Source: Eledone cirrhosa
Taxonomy: Eukaryota
Length of the DNA stretch: 64,000 bases
Direction: 5' to 3'
NCBI GenBank assembly: GCA_964016885.1
Contig: OZ024756.1
Span: 22,568,001 to 22,632,000 of the forward strand
This document shows, piece by piece, positions 25,082 through 40,150 of this stretch (position 1 is the first letter of the stretch; each line of letters opens with the position of its first letter). A model generated the notes under the pieces. That model was not told the DNA's origin and did not search any database. It was given only the letters and a program-made list of their open reading frames with translations. The position numbers and the translations under genes were made by a program.

Positions 25082-25227
25082 AATATATAAACAGCCATCT
25101 GGTTGTGGAACCAACCAACCAACCGGAAATTTATAAATTCCTAAATTTATAAATTTATTATAATAAATTGAAGTGAAAGCAACTGGTGCGTGTGTTTCTT
25201 ATTGGCAACATGACCCTCCCAAAGTAT

Positions 25228-25793
<566 letters not shown>

Positions 25794-26369
25794 CTAGATA
25801 GATATAAAGATATATATGTACGTATGTATGTTTTGATATATAAAGAACAAACACTGCAAAAAGCAGTTTTCCATTTTTGTTTCTATCGGATCAACTATAG
25901 ATCGATATAAACTCCTTATAATCGCCTACTGAAAATATGTGTCCATGCTTACCTACTTGTCTTCTAAAAGGTTTGTCCACATTATGGCCGCTTAACACAT
26001 ATAGATAGCAGTAACTCATTTTACGAAACATTACAACGTATATTTTTAACACTCGTGTTTCGTGTTTGATTGCTTCACTGCTCTCCACCACATCTAACGT
26101 ATCATTTTTTTTAAATATCTGAATCAATAAATATATGTTTTGTCGATTGAACGTGGATCGATTGAAGATTGATTTATATAAACTCTGTAGATTTACCAGA
26201 AATAGCCACAAAACAACCACCCACATCTCACACACTAACACTTTCGAAAATGGAAAATTTGTTCTATAAAATTATTCTAAAAAAAAAACCAGCTTAAACA
26301 TTCGGCAATAGAGACATGTCACATTTCTATATTTTCCAGTTTTTTTCTTTGTTCCTGTATATTAGTGCA

Positions 26370-26920
26370 GAGGCCCGTGGTCTAATGGTAAGGGTGTTGG
26401 CCTTACGATCATTTCACGCTGCTCCAGTATACTCAGCTGAAAATAAGTACCAGCAATAACTGGTGCTTAAACCCTGCGATGGACTGGTGTCCTATCCAAG
26501 GAAGAGTGTTGTACTCTCAGTCGCTTCACGCCATGAAACTGGGATAAGCATCGGCCAAATGAACCTTTTGGCAAAAGACATCCTTTAGATATGTCAGTAG
26601 CTCCTCGTTGTAGTGAGTGAAGGAAGGTGGCTTTGTAGTTATGGTGTTAATCTCAAGCTGTTAAGGCCGTGACCTTGATACCCAGCGATGCGTTTTGTCC
26701 TTGAGCAAGACACATCATTTTGCGTTACTCCACGCCATTAATCTCTCAAAATTACGTTGTACCTGTGATTCAACTCTAGCTTGGTCACACACTGTGGGAA
26801 TGCTGAATTCCATTGAGAACTACATGAAAGTTACACGGGTTTGTGGAATACTCAATCACTTGCACGTTAATTCCACAAGCAAGCCCTCCCTTGATAGCTT
26901 CAACTACAACAATCGTCGTG
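26370..26920 (+). mobile_element. Two decayed tRNA-derived SINEs (family 2 related)
   Basis: ggcccgtggtctaatggtaagggtgttgg head; tgtccttgagcaagacac V-domain-like motif. Confidence 0.65.
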
Positions 26921-27204
26921 GCCAACGACGGAGGTCCAGTACAAGGCTTTTTTCTGTCAAATTGATATTAACATTATGTTTCCAGTGCAATTAGTTTTAC
27001 TTTGGCTCTAAATGTTATTGTTGTTTTGTTTTGTTTTGATTAGATTTTTTCTTTATTTGTTGTTATTGCTGTTGTTGTTATTGTTGTCAGTCAGTTACAT
27101 TTAGACGTGATTCAAAAGATCTATGAAGTTTCTGTTTATTTTGCGTTACTCCATATAGACATATACATTAATCGATTTGTAAATGTTTGTTGATTTGTGT
27201 GTGT

Positions 27205-27425
27205 GTGTGTGTGTCTGTGTGTGTATGTATGTGTGTCTATGTGTGTATGTGTGTGTTTGAGTGTCTCTGTGTGTGCGTGTAATGTGTGTTATGTCCTTAC
27301 ATATAAGATATATATATATATATATATCTTATATGTAAGGACACAACACACATTACACGCACACACAGAGACACTCAAACACACACAGACACACACACAT
27401 ACACACAGAGACACATACACACACA
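27205..27425. repeat. Inverted duplication of host low-complexity DNA centred on (TA)n
   Basis: tgtccttacatataagat(at)n atcttatatgtaaggaca with ~100-bp mirrored arms. Confidence 0.85.
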
Positions 27426-27428
27426 TAC

Positions 27429-27472
<44 letters not shown>

Positions 27473-27894
27473 GTTTATATATACGTATATATATATCGAT
27501 TTATAGTTGATCCGTTGTTGAACAGAAAATGAAAAATGGTTTTGCAACGTTTGTTCTTTATGCTTACACATATGCCTGTCCATATCTCTGTCTATCTCTC
27601 TATCGATATGTCTGTATGTCTGTCTGTCTGTCCGTCTCTCTGACTGTCTGTCTGCCTGCCTAATCAACTAAACTCGTTTGTGATCGAAGATTCGACGGTT
27701 ATTGTAATAGTCAAAACTAAAACTGAGTTTCTTGGATGCAAGAAACCATAGATCTGAGTGAACTAGGGTGGGTATTTAAGAGAAATCCTGAGCAGGTGTA
27801 GCGAGGAATAAAACAGAGATATCCTTATTTTAATCAGGTCTTCTCCAAATTCCATCTCAGAATCTAATCAGAAAGATGAAGAGTTACAGGTACT

Positions 27895-28285
27895 ATGTTG
27901 GTAAAATAATTTATCGTCAATATCTCAGTATAATATGGGCGATGCATTTGCAGCATCGGTAGAGCGTCGGACAAGATGCTCTGCTGCATATAGTTTATAG
28001 TTACAGCCATTTATGTTGGTAAAATAATTTGTCGTCAATATCTTAGTATATTAGGGGTGGTGGGTTGGGAGCATCGGTAGAGCGTCGGACAACATGCTTC
28101 GCTGCATATAGTTTATAGTTACAGCCATTTATGTTCTGAGTACAAATCCCGACGAGGTCAGTTCTTGCCTTCCAGCTTGACGTAGTCGATAAATTAAAGC
28201 ACCAGTAACGCATGAGGGTTGATTTAATCGATTTTGCTCTTTCTTTTCAAATTGCTGGCCTTGTGCCAAATGTAGAAACAAAATT
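27895..28285 (+). mobile_element. SINE family 1 with local ~120-bp duplication of its 5' part
   Basis: atgttggtaaaataattt..gcatcggtagagcgtcggac..ttacagccatttatgtt occurs twice. Confidence 0.75.
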
Positions 28286-28675
28286 AAGAAACCAATATTT
28301 TAGTATATAATTTTATAATAGTACGTAATTAATATATTGGGTAGTCTAATGTCAGAATTGGTAATCTGACAAGACAAATACTCTACAGTGATTCGATATG
28401 TCCGTTTACTTACGTTCTGCGTTTAGTTCCTTCGTGGATCAATAAAATCAATACCATTAAAGTACTGGAGCTGACAATAATAATAGATTCTACCTGCCCA
28501 ACAAAATTCAAGGTCTTGTGCCTATGGTAAACATAGATAGGTTGTATAGTATATTCGTATATCGTGTTGTACTCTTTATTTTTGGTGGAATAGGTGGATC
28601 TAAAGAAAGGGAGGTGGAGAGAGGAAATGACATTCAAGATAGGGAATATTTGAGTGAACTAAATAGTAAAGAGTG

Positions 28676-28900
28676 AGGGTGCGTGGCTTAGAGATTAGAG
28701 AGTTGGATTCGCAATCGTGAGGTTGCGAGTTCAATTCTCGCAATGGGTGATGCGTTGTGTCCTTGATCAAGACAATTTATTTTACGTTGCTCCTTCTTCC
28801 AGCAATTGAAAGACCATTTGAAACAAACGTTTCCTTAGTCTGATTTGACGAAGTCCACCCCACTCGGCAAGCAAATGAAGTTGGGGATCTTGTCAATCGA
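28676..28900 (+). mobile_element. SINE family 2 (V-domain-like)
   Basis: gcgtggcttag..gagttcaattc..tgtgtccttgatcaagaca; homologous to 43911-44130. Confidence 0.75.
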
Positions 28901-29287
28901 CCAGAGCAAAATAGTAATCGTTTGGCTTGCCTTAGTTTGTTTAGGGTGACAGTTTTGTTGTTATTGTTATCATTGTTTATGGCATGGCCAACACTAGTCA
29001 GATTAATCTAAAACCCAAGGTGATACTCAAAATGAAAGTCCCAGAATATTTTTTTTCTTTACATTCGCTACTGAAGATTGTCGCACAATATGATTGTTGT
29101 TGTTTCGGTGGGTTGAGAGATGGCAGCACCTGTAGATAGGCGGCTCAACTGTCTCGTATCTATCTATATATAAATTTGAGCCACTTCATCCGTCCGTCTA
29201 TCACACAATGCGTGTGTATTTGCATGAATGTGTGTGTGTGTGTGTGCGTGTGTGTGTGTGTGCGTGCGCGTGTGCGTGTGTGTGTGT

Positions 29288-29368
<81 letters not shown>

Positions 29369-29682
29369 GGAAGGAAGGGGATGGTGAAAAAACTATAGCA
29401 AAAAGCTGATAGATAACTGATGGCTGCAGTTTGCAATATTGGCTACATAAATAAAAACTTCCTTTATACATGCAATTTTTTTCTCGCATCCCCTGATGGA
29501 GTCGTAGAAGCGATGCACGGCGTATTTTGCTCATTTAAGCATCATAGCAAAGCCGATCCAACTCCAGGTCTGAACAAAGCAAGCGTGAAACTAATAATAA
29601 TAACATTTGTACTGCCTCTTTGCTTCCACGTTTTTTTTTGTTTTTTTTTTGTTTTTTTGTTCTCTGTTTATTTTTTTTTTAA

Positions 29683-29725
<43 letters not shown>

Positions 29726-30499
29726 TTTCTTCCATTGAGAGAAAGGGAGAACCGTGGTAAAGATATATACAGGCAGTAAGACGCGGAAAAAATTTCAATA
29801 TTTATATAAATTCCATTAAGAATATTTTTGCGCAGTTGATATATGGTTGGATGTTAGACAAATTTCATTCTACGATAGTAGTGAATAACATGCGATAGAT
29901 GAGAGGAGATTTCTTTCGTTATTTTTATAAATTATATATTCCGGTATAAGTCAGCTGTAGCAGTCAACAAAAGAATTCAAACAGAGTACATGATCCAAAA
30001 AGAATGAGAAAACTGTAAATAAACTTATTATAAAAGAAAATTTTATGAGGCAAATATGTGTGTATATATCTACACACACATATATATATATCTACATATA
30101 TATATATATATATATATATATAAATGAAAAGTATAGAAATTGTTGTAGCGAGAAGCTAACAGTATTCCATAATATATAAGTGACTATAGCGTCAAAATTG
30201 GAAAATAGTTAACATAAGATATGGGAAAAATAATTCAAATTCAATTCAAAAAGAATCAGGATATTGATTTATCCAACAGAATTTAGAGAAATCCAGGGAA
30301 AAATCAATAGAGCCTTAACTCATGAAAAAACAAAGTCTAAAGTACTCATCCTTCAATTTGGGACAACTTCAAATGCTCTGTATAGTCTTGAAAAGACTAT
30401 TTCACGAAAACTTTCAGTGGGGATGGTCACGGTTGGATTTCGTTCATCAGCAGAGCTCAACACGGTAACCAAGGTCTTACTGATTAATATGCCAAAAAG

Positions 30500-30638
<139 letters not shown>

Positions 30639-30724
30639 GGTTTGAGGTTCACCACTGGATAGAGCTGGTCAATTCCGTTACATTCACTTATTACATTCAC
30701 TTACATTCACTTATTATATTTCGA

Positions 30725-30782
30725 ATACCTGATGATATCACCGGAATCATACGGAACCCGGTCATTGAAATGATCATAGTAT
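30725..30782 (+). ncRNA. Intact type I hammerhead
   Basis: atac CTGATGA tatc accgg..ccggt catt GAAA tgatca TA gtat, immediately followed by AATAAA; island between (TA)n tracts. Confidence 0.85.
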
Positions 30783-30830
30783 AATAAACCTTTCAAGGAT
30801 TTACACAAGTCCAGCCTCCTGTCATTTCAT

Positions 30831-30869
<39 letters not shown>

Positions 30870-30870
<1 letters not shown>

Positions 30871-31075
30871 TATAAAGAATCGAGACACGACGGCTGAGCT
30901 CTAGCCGTTTCAACAGATGGTTTCAGTCATAGCTGTTGAAGCAGGAACAGTTCAGCCGTCGGGTGCCGACTCTTTTTATAATATAACCATACTCTGCTGC
31001 CCGAAGTATCGAATACTCTGTCCATTAATGGTCTAACCAGTTTCAAACTTTCACTCTGAATCCATCCTGATTTAC
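30870..31075. mobile_element. Family D variant palindrome
   Basis: cgacggctga..tcagccgtcg arms; GAAAC ggc..gcc GTC on the minus arm. Confidence 0.6.
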
Positions 31076-31094
31076 ACACACACACACATACACA

Positions 31095-31272
31095 TTGGTA
31101 GTATCGGTAGAGGGTCGGACTCCATGCTTTCCAGCATAGTTACGTCCCTTTACGATCTGAGTTCAAATCCCGCCGAGGTTGACTTTGCCTTTCATCCTTA
31201 CGGAGTCGATAAAATAAAGTACCAGTAATGTACTGGGTAATTGCTGGCCTTGTGCCTAAAATAGAAACAATT
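31095..31272 (+). mobile_element. SINE family 1
   Basis: Near-identical to 6315-6495. Confidence 0.9.
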
Positions 31273-31276
31273 ATAT

Positions 31277-31313
<37 letters not shown>

Positions 31314-31349
31314 GATTACAATAATCAAAATTCAGTTTAAATCATTTAT

Positions 31350-31398
31350 TTGTTTACAATTGTTTCCTCCAAACCGACGTTTGGATTCTTCGGAGCAA
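31350..31398 (-). ncRNA. Hammerhead with CCGAAGA (U4C) core
   Basis: ttgct CCGAAGA a tccaaac gtcg gtttgga g GAAAC aatt GTA aacaa, overlapping AATAAA. Confidence 0.7.
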
Positions 31399-31734
31399 CT
31401 ATTTAGTGATCTATAACATACTTGAACTCCTTTTCAGTAATGAATGACTATCTTTCACTATTTGGGGTTTGTATATAAAAAATATATAACCATAAAAGGT
31501 TTTATTATATACATAACCATAAATAGTATCCTTAATACTATATATATATATATATATGTAGAGAGAGAGAGAGAGCAGAGTTCTTGAATGTACGAACAGG
31601 AAATGGAAAGAGAACAGAGACAGGAAGATAAAAATGAAAAAAGGAAGAAAGAAAGAAAGAAATAGAAACAAGAATGGGGAAAAAACGACAAGAATGACAG
31701 ACACGAACATAAAAGAATAAGATGTGGTCGTAAT

Positions 31735-31805
31735 AAGTACCAAGGGCGGTGCCCCAGCATGGCCTCAGCCGGATGGCTGAAACAAGTAAAAGAGTAAAAG
31801 AGTAT
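31735..31805 (+). mobile_element. SINE/LINE 3' tail shared with the CR1-like element at 43.6 kb
   Basis: gggcggtgccccagcatggcctcagccggatggctgaaacaagtaaaagagtaaaagag. Confidence 0.7.
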
Positions 31806-31854
31806 ACACTATACATGTGATGGGTGTATGTGCGCGCGCGCGCGTGTGTGTGTG

Positions 31855-31920
31855 TGTGAGAGAGAGAGAGATAAAGAGAGAAGAAGAAAGAAAGGGGGAA
31901 AGATTGAGAGAAAGATAGAT

Positions 31921-31965
<45 letters not shown>

Positions 31966-32358
31966 AAGAAAGAGAAAGGGAGAGAGAAAGAGAGATAGAG
32001 AGAAAGAAAGTAAGAAAGAACGAGAGAGAGAACGGAAAAAGAGCGAGTGGGAGAGAGAGAAAGAATAGGAAAGAGAGAGTGAGAACGAAAGAAGGAAAGA
32101 GCGAGAGAGAGAACGAGAGAGCGAGAGAGAGAACGAAAGAAGGAAAGAGCGATAGAGAGAACGAGAGAGCGAGAAGGAAAGAGCGATAGAGAGAACGAGA
32201 GAACGAGAAGGAAAGAGCGATAGAGAGAACGCGAGAACGAGAGAGAGAGAGCGCGCGCGAGAGAGAGATATAGAGAGTGTGTGTGTGAGAACGAAAGAAG
32301 GAAAGCGCGAGAGAGAGAACGAATGAAGGAAAGAGCGAGAGAGAGAACGAAAGGAAAG

Positions 32359-32424
<66 letters not shown>

Positions 32425-32615
32425 AGAGAGAGAGAAAGAAAGAGAAAGAGAGAGTGAGAACGAAAGAAGGAAAGAGCGATAGAGAGAGAGACTGACAGAG
32501 ACAGAGAGAGAGAGAGAGCGAGAGAGAGAGAGAGAGAGATAGCGAGAGAGAGAGAGAGAGAAACAGAGAGAGAGAGAAACACTGGGAGAGAGAGAGAGAG
32601 ATAGCGAGAGAGATA
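31855..32615. repeat. Complex (GA)-rich satellite (gaacgaaagaaggaaagagcg units)
   Basis: Direct reading. Confidence 0.9.
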
Positions 32616-33143
32616 TATATATATAGACGATATAAGAAAGAGGAGAAACACAACACATTGGCCTTTGAATAGGTTGAAAAGACGTAATCGGTAAATTAAG
32701 TAGATTGGATAAGAAATGTCCAAACTGGTGGCGTAGAAATAGTAATGGAATTGATTTGACAATCTGAAAGAAACCCGAAGGTGAACACTTGTTACAGTCA
32801 GTTTATCCATGACATTTCTATATTGCATATATTGCTATCTATCTACTTAAATGGACGATTCAGTGAATATGACTAATACGTTGTCGTAATATTGGCACCA
32901 CACGACGGTCATCTAGATGGCAAATAATCTCTCTCTCTCTCTCTCAGTCTATCTATACCTCTCTCTTTCTCCGCCTCTCTCTCTCTCTCTCTCAGTCTAT
33001 CTCTACCTCTCTCTCTCTCCGCCTCTCTCTCTCTCTCTCTTTCTCTCTGTATCTATCTATATATATATAAAGTATATATACTCATACATATACATAACCA
33101 TAAACACAACTCGCACACTCGCACACACATACACACATATATA

Positions 33144-33185
<42 letters not shown>

Positions 33186-33234
33186 GTATGCACTCATACG
33201 TAGACACAAACATACACACAGACACACACATATG

Positions 33235-33281
<47 letters not shown>

Positions 33282-33368
33282 GAGTCTGTGTGTGCGTATA
33301 TAAAGCGAATGCACTAATACATAGACATAAATATACACACACACAAACAGACACTTCTCTTTCAGAAG

Positions 33369-33420
<52 letters not shown>

Positions 33421-33810
33421 TTACGTCTGTGTATGAGTAAGCGTTTAAGTATACTTTTTTCTTAATACCACCATAGAAAAATGTTTACTAGTCTTCAAAA
33501 ATTGACTGTAAAATATCTCAGCAAAATTGGCGATGGGTAAGATATTGGGAGAGATATCCTAAAGAAATGTACTCAAACGAAGCGTCATGACATGTCACCT
33601 ACGAAAGGACTATCCCCAAGGAACAAACCGTCTTCATTGATATATGTCAAAAGGTAACCGAGTTGAAGTCTGTATCGCAATACAAAGTGTTGTCAGTTCG
33701 ATATCGTATAGAATTAATGTATGAATGTTTCTTTAATACGTGAACCTCTTCATTCAGACTGCTATTCTCTCGTGAATTATGTAAAAAATTGAAAAGAGAA
33801 ACACAGACAC

Positions 33811-33879
<69 letters not shown>

Positions 33880-33883
<4 letters not shown>

Positions 33884-34074
33884 AACGAGTAGGACCCCGA
33901 CGGGTGAGCTCAAGCCGTTTCGACGGCTAATTCTGGACGTCCAGAATTAGCCGTCGAAACGACTTGAGCTCAGCCGTCGGGGTCCTACTCGTTCCTATTA
34001 CCCACTCTACTACCCTAATTATTGAGTACTTTGGTGCGTTATGGTCCACCTGGTTCCTTACCACATTTCCTTCG

Positions 34075-34078
<4 letters not shown>
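33880..34078. mobile_element. Family D palindrome in (TA)n
   Basis: Centre tctggacgtccaga; arms carry GAAAC ggc ttgagctca/cc GTC ggggtc. Confidence 0.8.
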
Positions 34079-34127
<49 letters not shown>

Positions 34128-34321
34128 AAATATGTTTTGAAACAGTGAGCAGGTTTGAAATTAGAAAATAGAATAGCTTTCACCGTATTTTTTGACTAAA
34201 GAAATTTTAGTCTGATAATGGGGTTTAGAACCCTCAGATAAATGGAAACAAGATGGCTATTGACGTACAAGATGAGCATTGACTCCCATGTACGTCAATA
34301 TATATATATATATGTATGTTC

Positions 34322-34417
<96 letters not shown>

Positions 34418-34684
34418 GACGTATCAAAAGACGAGGCGGAGAACCACATACGCCACAGGTAACATTGTCAAATTGACAGCAGGTAAAATAGTTCAGTGGC
34501 TATATGTGATTTCACGAAAGTTCTGTGTTATTATTTTTCTTGCACAATACACCAGGACAGGTTTCGGATACCCTTTTACACACAGTGACCCCTAATGTGG
34601 ACAAACATCACCATCGGTGGTGGTGGTCGATTCTATGTACGTCCATATCGACAGCTGATGACCGCTGATGCCAATTTTGCTATA

Positions 34685-34833
34685 TAGAAGTAGTTCCACA
34701 ACAGTTAGTTGCCCATTACCGAGAATAATTGTTTCACCTTATGGTGAACTAACTGTTGTGGAACTACTTCTACCTAACTCGTCCCATGGACTGAGTGCTC
34801 TACTACTAGGGATATAACCCTCCAGTGTTCTAC

Positions 34834-34838
<5 letters not shown>
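34685..34838. mobile_element. Family E palindromic remnant
   Basis: tagaagtagttccacaacagttagtt / aactaactgttgtggaactacttcta; shares ctcgtcccatggactgagtgctcta with 17.28 kb. Confidence 0.75.
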
Positions 34839-34887
<49 letters not shown>

Positions 34888-35159
34888 ATGTGTACACATA
34901 TAATTATAATATATTTATAGAGGATGAGGTTTAACGAAGCTCACCAAAGACAAATCATTGAATTCACACTTAACTTTATCCTTATCTTTAGTATAAACAT
35001 TTCTTTAGTATAAACATTTCTTTAGTTTATATGTAACACGTACTTATTCAGTTACTATTGGGCTTTCTTTATGCTTTGTATTTCTTCAGTGGGGAAACAA
35101 GAGAGAGCGGGAGAAGGAGAATGATAGAGTGCGTGTTACAGAGAAACATTCAGACATTC

Positions 35160-35212
<53 letters not shown>

Positions 35213-35800
35213 GCCAGACAGACAGATAGATAGACTGACAGACTTGTGGGTAAGTAGGTGGGTTGCTATATTGTTCAATATATATGAATGAATACACATA
35301 TAATACAGCATACGTGTCCGACTGACTAAAAACATAATAGGTTATGTCAGACGGTGTTTCGCGTTCTTTAGTCCAATGCCCGCCGTTCAGTCACGTCTCA
35401 ATGTACTAGAAAATACTAACAAGAAAGAGAACAATAATTCTGTGGATACTGAAGACAGGTTTGCTTTACAGGCTAGTTTCTGATTTATTGATCGGCACTT
35501 GACGAAAATAGACAAGAAACTGGGCCAGTCACGAATGCATACTCGATCCGATTTCAGCTGATCGCTCCATCAACACATTTACGCCATTATAAGAAATATT
35601 CGCATGTCTATTATTACCTATATTCATGCTGATGCGTACTCAGACACAGGAACTGGCATACACCTAGATTCACATATAGCTACGGTCAATAATCACACGT
35701 CAACAGCACTCGTATCACGTGTCAAAAATTTCTATAGATTGATAAGATCATCACACCGACATTTTGCGCACACAATATGTGTATGCGTATGTATCTATGG

Positions 35801-35871
<71 letters not shown>

Positions 35872-35961
35872 CATACATACATATTATATATATATATACA
35901 CACATACATACATACATACATACATACATACATACGTATATATATATATATACACACACAA

Positions 35962-35992
<31 letters not shown>

Positions 35993-35993
35993 T

Positions 35994-36028
<35 letters not shown>

Positions 36029-36118
36029 ATGGAAAAATTTGAACAGGGACAAAACAGAGAGGCAGTACAACGAATGTTTATTAATTTCACGCTCTGGAGA
36101 GTGGGGTGTTGGTGGGGG

Positions 36119-36151
36119 ACGACGTTTCGGGCATAAGCCCTTCCTCAGGTG
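36119..36151 (-). ncRNA. Minimal hammerhead with ACGU stem III and extra A after A9
   Basis: ac CTGAGGA a gggc ttat gccc GAAACGTC gt; AATAAA downstream; island in (TA)n; stem I weak. Confidence 0.7.
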
Positions 36152-36175
36152 AGAAGTGTGTGGGAACAGAGTTCA

Positions 36176-36252
<77 letters not shown>

Positions 36253-36373
36253 AGGGAGTGTAACGTCACGCTACTGTAGGTTCACCCAGGTGGGCAATCC
36301 ATGTTTAGGTTCACGTCATTGGCGAGGTGTACAGCTAGACAGAGTGTAATATAATAATAATACAAGGACGATT

Positions 36374-36563
36374 TGTTAAGCCTTCTTTACGTTTATTGAT
36401 TGGTTTACGCGCGTTTCGCAATTGATGAGCTCAAGGTTCGATCTGTATCGATCTGACCCGTAAGCTGGAATCAAAAGCTCGTCGAACTTCTATAGGTCCG
36501 ACGAGCGTTTGAGCAATAGTGAAACGCGCGGCGCCAATCTATAAACGTAATGAAGGCTTAACA
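36374..36563. mobile_element. Diverged palindromic element with hammerhead-like arms
   Basis: Minus arm gtt CGACGA gc..gc GAAA cgcgcg TA aac; plus arm CCGACGA gc..GAAACGCGCG; outer arms tgttaagccttc / gaaggcttaaca. Confidence 0.55.
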
Positions 36564-36576
36564 CACCGTTCTTTAG

Positions 36577-36740
36577 ATTGGCAGCATCGGTAGAGGGTCG
36601 AACGCCATGCTTTGACGCATAGAGTTACGGCCCTTTTACGGTCTGTGTTCAAATCCCGCCAAGGTTAACTTTGTCGTTCATCCTTACGGGGTCGATAAAA
36701 TAAAGTACCAGTAATGCACTGGCTGGCCTTGTGGCAACAG
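36577..36740 (+). mobile_element. SINE family 1
   Basis: Same A/B boxes and core. Confidence 0.85.
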
Positions 36741-36857
36741 TTCCTGTATGATGACACGCCCTCACTATCTCTCTCTATATATATCTATTTGTATATGAAA
36801 GACACCCTGCACAGATGAAATCATTTACCACGGTGCAGACTCAAAGATAAAAATATA

Positions 36858-36896
<39 letters not shown>

Positions 36897-36901
<5 letters not shown>

Positions 36902-37082
36902 GTTTCTAATTTAGGCACAAGGCCAGCACATACCCAGTGCATTACTGGTACTTTATTTTATCGACCCCGTAAGGATGAAAGGCAAACTTAACCTCGGCGG
37001 GATTTGAACTCAGTCCGTAAAGGGACGTAACTATGCTGCAAAGTATGGCGTCCGACCCTCTATCGATACTGCCAATCCACCG
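36897..37082 (-). mobile_element. SINE family 1 (partial copy also 37636-37710)
   Basis: Reverse complement of the family core. Confidence 0.9.
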
Positions 37083-37784
37083 CATATATATAATATCATG
37101 TGTTCATATTCTACCATATGTGAAGTTATACGTTTGTCTGCAGTGACCCAAATACATATAGGTAGCGACACTCCGTCGCTCACGACGACGAGTATTCCAA
37201 TTGATACGATCAACGGAGCAGCCTGCTCATGAAATTAACGTGTAAATGGCAGAGCATGCCTCAAATACGTGTACCCTTAACGCAGTTCTCAGGGAGATTC
37301 AGCATGTCAGAAAATATTAACATTGCAACACATTAACAAAGCACAGTACGTGTTGTAATGGCTTCCATATTACGGACGAAGCGGAAATTCTATGCTCACG
37401 CATGCATAGTGTTTGCCCTTAATGCAACTCCCAGGAATATTCAACAGGACAGAAAATATTCACATTGTAACAGATTGACAAAGCTCAGTACAAGATGTAA
37501 TGGCTTCCATATTAAGGATGAAGCGGAAATTTTATGCACGCGCATGCGTAGTGTCTGCGCGCCTGTATGATTTGAATGAATAGTATATTGTACTAAAGAC
37601 ATTTAGTCACTGCACGTAATTAACTCCCTACGACATAATTGTTTCTACTTTAAGCACAAGGCCAGCAATTACCCAGTGCATTACTGGTACTTTATTTTAT
37701 CGACCCCGTAATGCACACAATTGTTAACTACCATCATATGATGGCTACCTTATGTAATCTTATATTGTTGATAATCAGGTTTAG

Positions 37785-38410
37785 TGTGTGTGTATATGTA
37801 TGAGTTTCTGTGTGTATGTGTGATGTGTGTGTGTGTATGTTTGTATGTATGTGCGTTTCATTGTCTCTTTGTTTGTTTGTGTCTGTATTTATATGTGCGT
37901 TTGTGAGTGTATGTGTTTGTGTGTGTTTGTTTGTGTGTGTATTTATATGTGAGTTTGTGTGTGTATGTGTTTGTGTGTCTGTGTTTGTTTGTCTCTGTGA
38001 TTGTGTGCGTATTTATATGTGTGTGAATGTTTGTGTTTGTGTGTGTATATTTGTGTGTGCGTGTGTGTCTGCGTGTGTTTATGTGTATGTGAATGTTTGA
38101 GTGTATGCGTTTATGCGTCTGTGATGCCTGTGTGTGTTTATGTGAGTGTGAATGTTTGCGTTTGTGTGTGTATGTATATGTGTGTGTGTGTGTGTGTGTA
38201 TGTATGTGTGTGCGTGTGTGATTGTATATGTATGCGTGAATGCTGGTGTTTGTGAATGTGGGTAAAGATGTTGGTGTGTTTATGTGTCCATGATGTATGT
38301 GTGTGTTTATATGTGTGTGAATATTTGTGTGTTTGTGTGCGTCTGTCCGTATGTGTTTGTTCGTCGGCGTGTGATTATGCGTGTGTGCGTGTGTATGTGC
38401 TGTTGAGTGT
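37785..38410. repeat. Degenerate (GT)n tract
   Basis: Direct reading. Confidence 0.9.
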
Positions 38411-38501
38411 GTATGCGTGTTTGAGAGTGTCATTGTTTGTTTATCTTCCCCTCTATCTCTCTCTCTCTCACACTCACTCACTCAATGTGTGTGTATGTAC
38501 G

Positions 38502-38668
38502 TACGAGAGTAATCCCAAAAGTAAGGTCTCCAAAGCGACGGAGACGCAGAGAAACTGTTCGTACGGCTGTTGGCAACACTGTTGTGATTGGTGCTTCCTT
38601 CACTCCCAAACAAGAATGCGCGCGCTTCGCTGGGATGCTCAATCTTGGCTTGGCAGCCGTTGAGAATA
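38502..38668 (+). mobile_element. mariner-like transposon terminal fragment
   Basis: ta cgagagtaatcccaaaagtaaggtctcc resembles mariner TIRs; no partner TIR seen. Confidence 0.55.
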
Positions 38669-38697
38669 TATACATAGATTCATGTATACGTCTCTCC

Positions 38698-39042
<345 letters not shown>

Positions 39043-39073
39043 ATATATATATGTATATATATAAGTATGTATG

Positions 39074-39123
<50 letters not shown>

Positions 39124-39481
39124 ATATGAATAAATGGAAACTATATTTATAAAACCATATTTATTTTATAGTATATATTTCAAGGGCCACCAAGGCAAAT
39201 TATGGTGCGCTTTCATCTTATAAAATACAGATTTGTTTTATAAATAAATATTGACATACCCGGAAAAAAGTATTTACTCCACTAAGCTGGTGAGTGCTTT
39301 ATATCAGTTATAAAAAAAGGTTTAAGATTGTTGAATCCTAACAAATTAAATATAACCTCTTCATATTTATATATATATATATATATATACATACACGTGT
39401 GTGTGTTTATATATATATATATATATATATATGCGTGTGTGTGTTTATATATATATGTATATATATATATTTATATATATA

Positions 39482-39586
<105 letters not shown>

Positions 39587-39697
39587 GTGTGTGTGTCTAT
39601 ATTTATAAATATATATATATATGTATGTAAAACGAATAATGATTCAGCGAGAATAGCATTTCGGCGGGCAGGAAAGTCGAAGCGAAACGACGCGAAA

Positions 39698-39780
<83 letters not shown>

Positions 39781-40106
39781 ATACGAATATATACATGCAT
39801 ATGCCTACACACACACACACAAACGCACACACACAGGTATATATATACATGAATGAATATATACATATGTCTATATAGACACACCCTCACACATATGCAC
39901 ACACACACACATATATATATGTGTGTGTGTGTGCGTGTATTTTTATGTGGAAGTTTTTCTCCGTGTGCGGGCGTATGTTTGTAGATGTAAGTAATTATAG
40001 TTTCATTTTCTAAGCCGTATTAAAAGGTGTTTTTCATATATTCTTTTCAAATAACCTCATAACAGGGCTTACTACAAACATCAAAGACCATTTGTTGATT
40101 GTACTG

Positions 40107-40150
<44 letters not shown>

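Noticed and set aside
30436-30455. CTGATGA ac GAAA on the minus strand
   Set aside because: No stem II, no stem III/NUH and no stem I; likely chance
31538-32828. 297-372 aa Ser/Leu-rich ORFs
   Set aside because: GA-rich satellite open in all three frames; no coding signal
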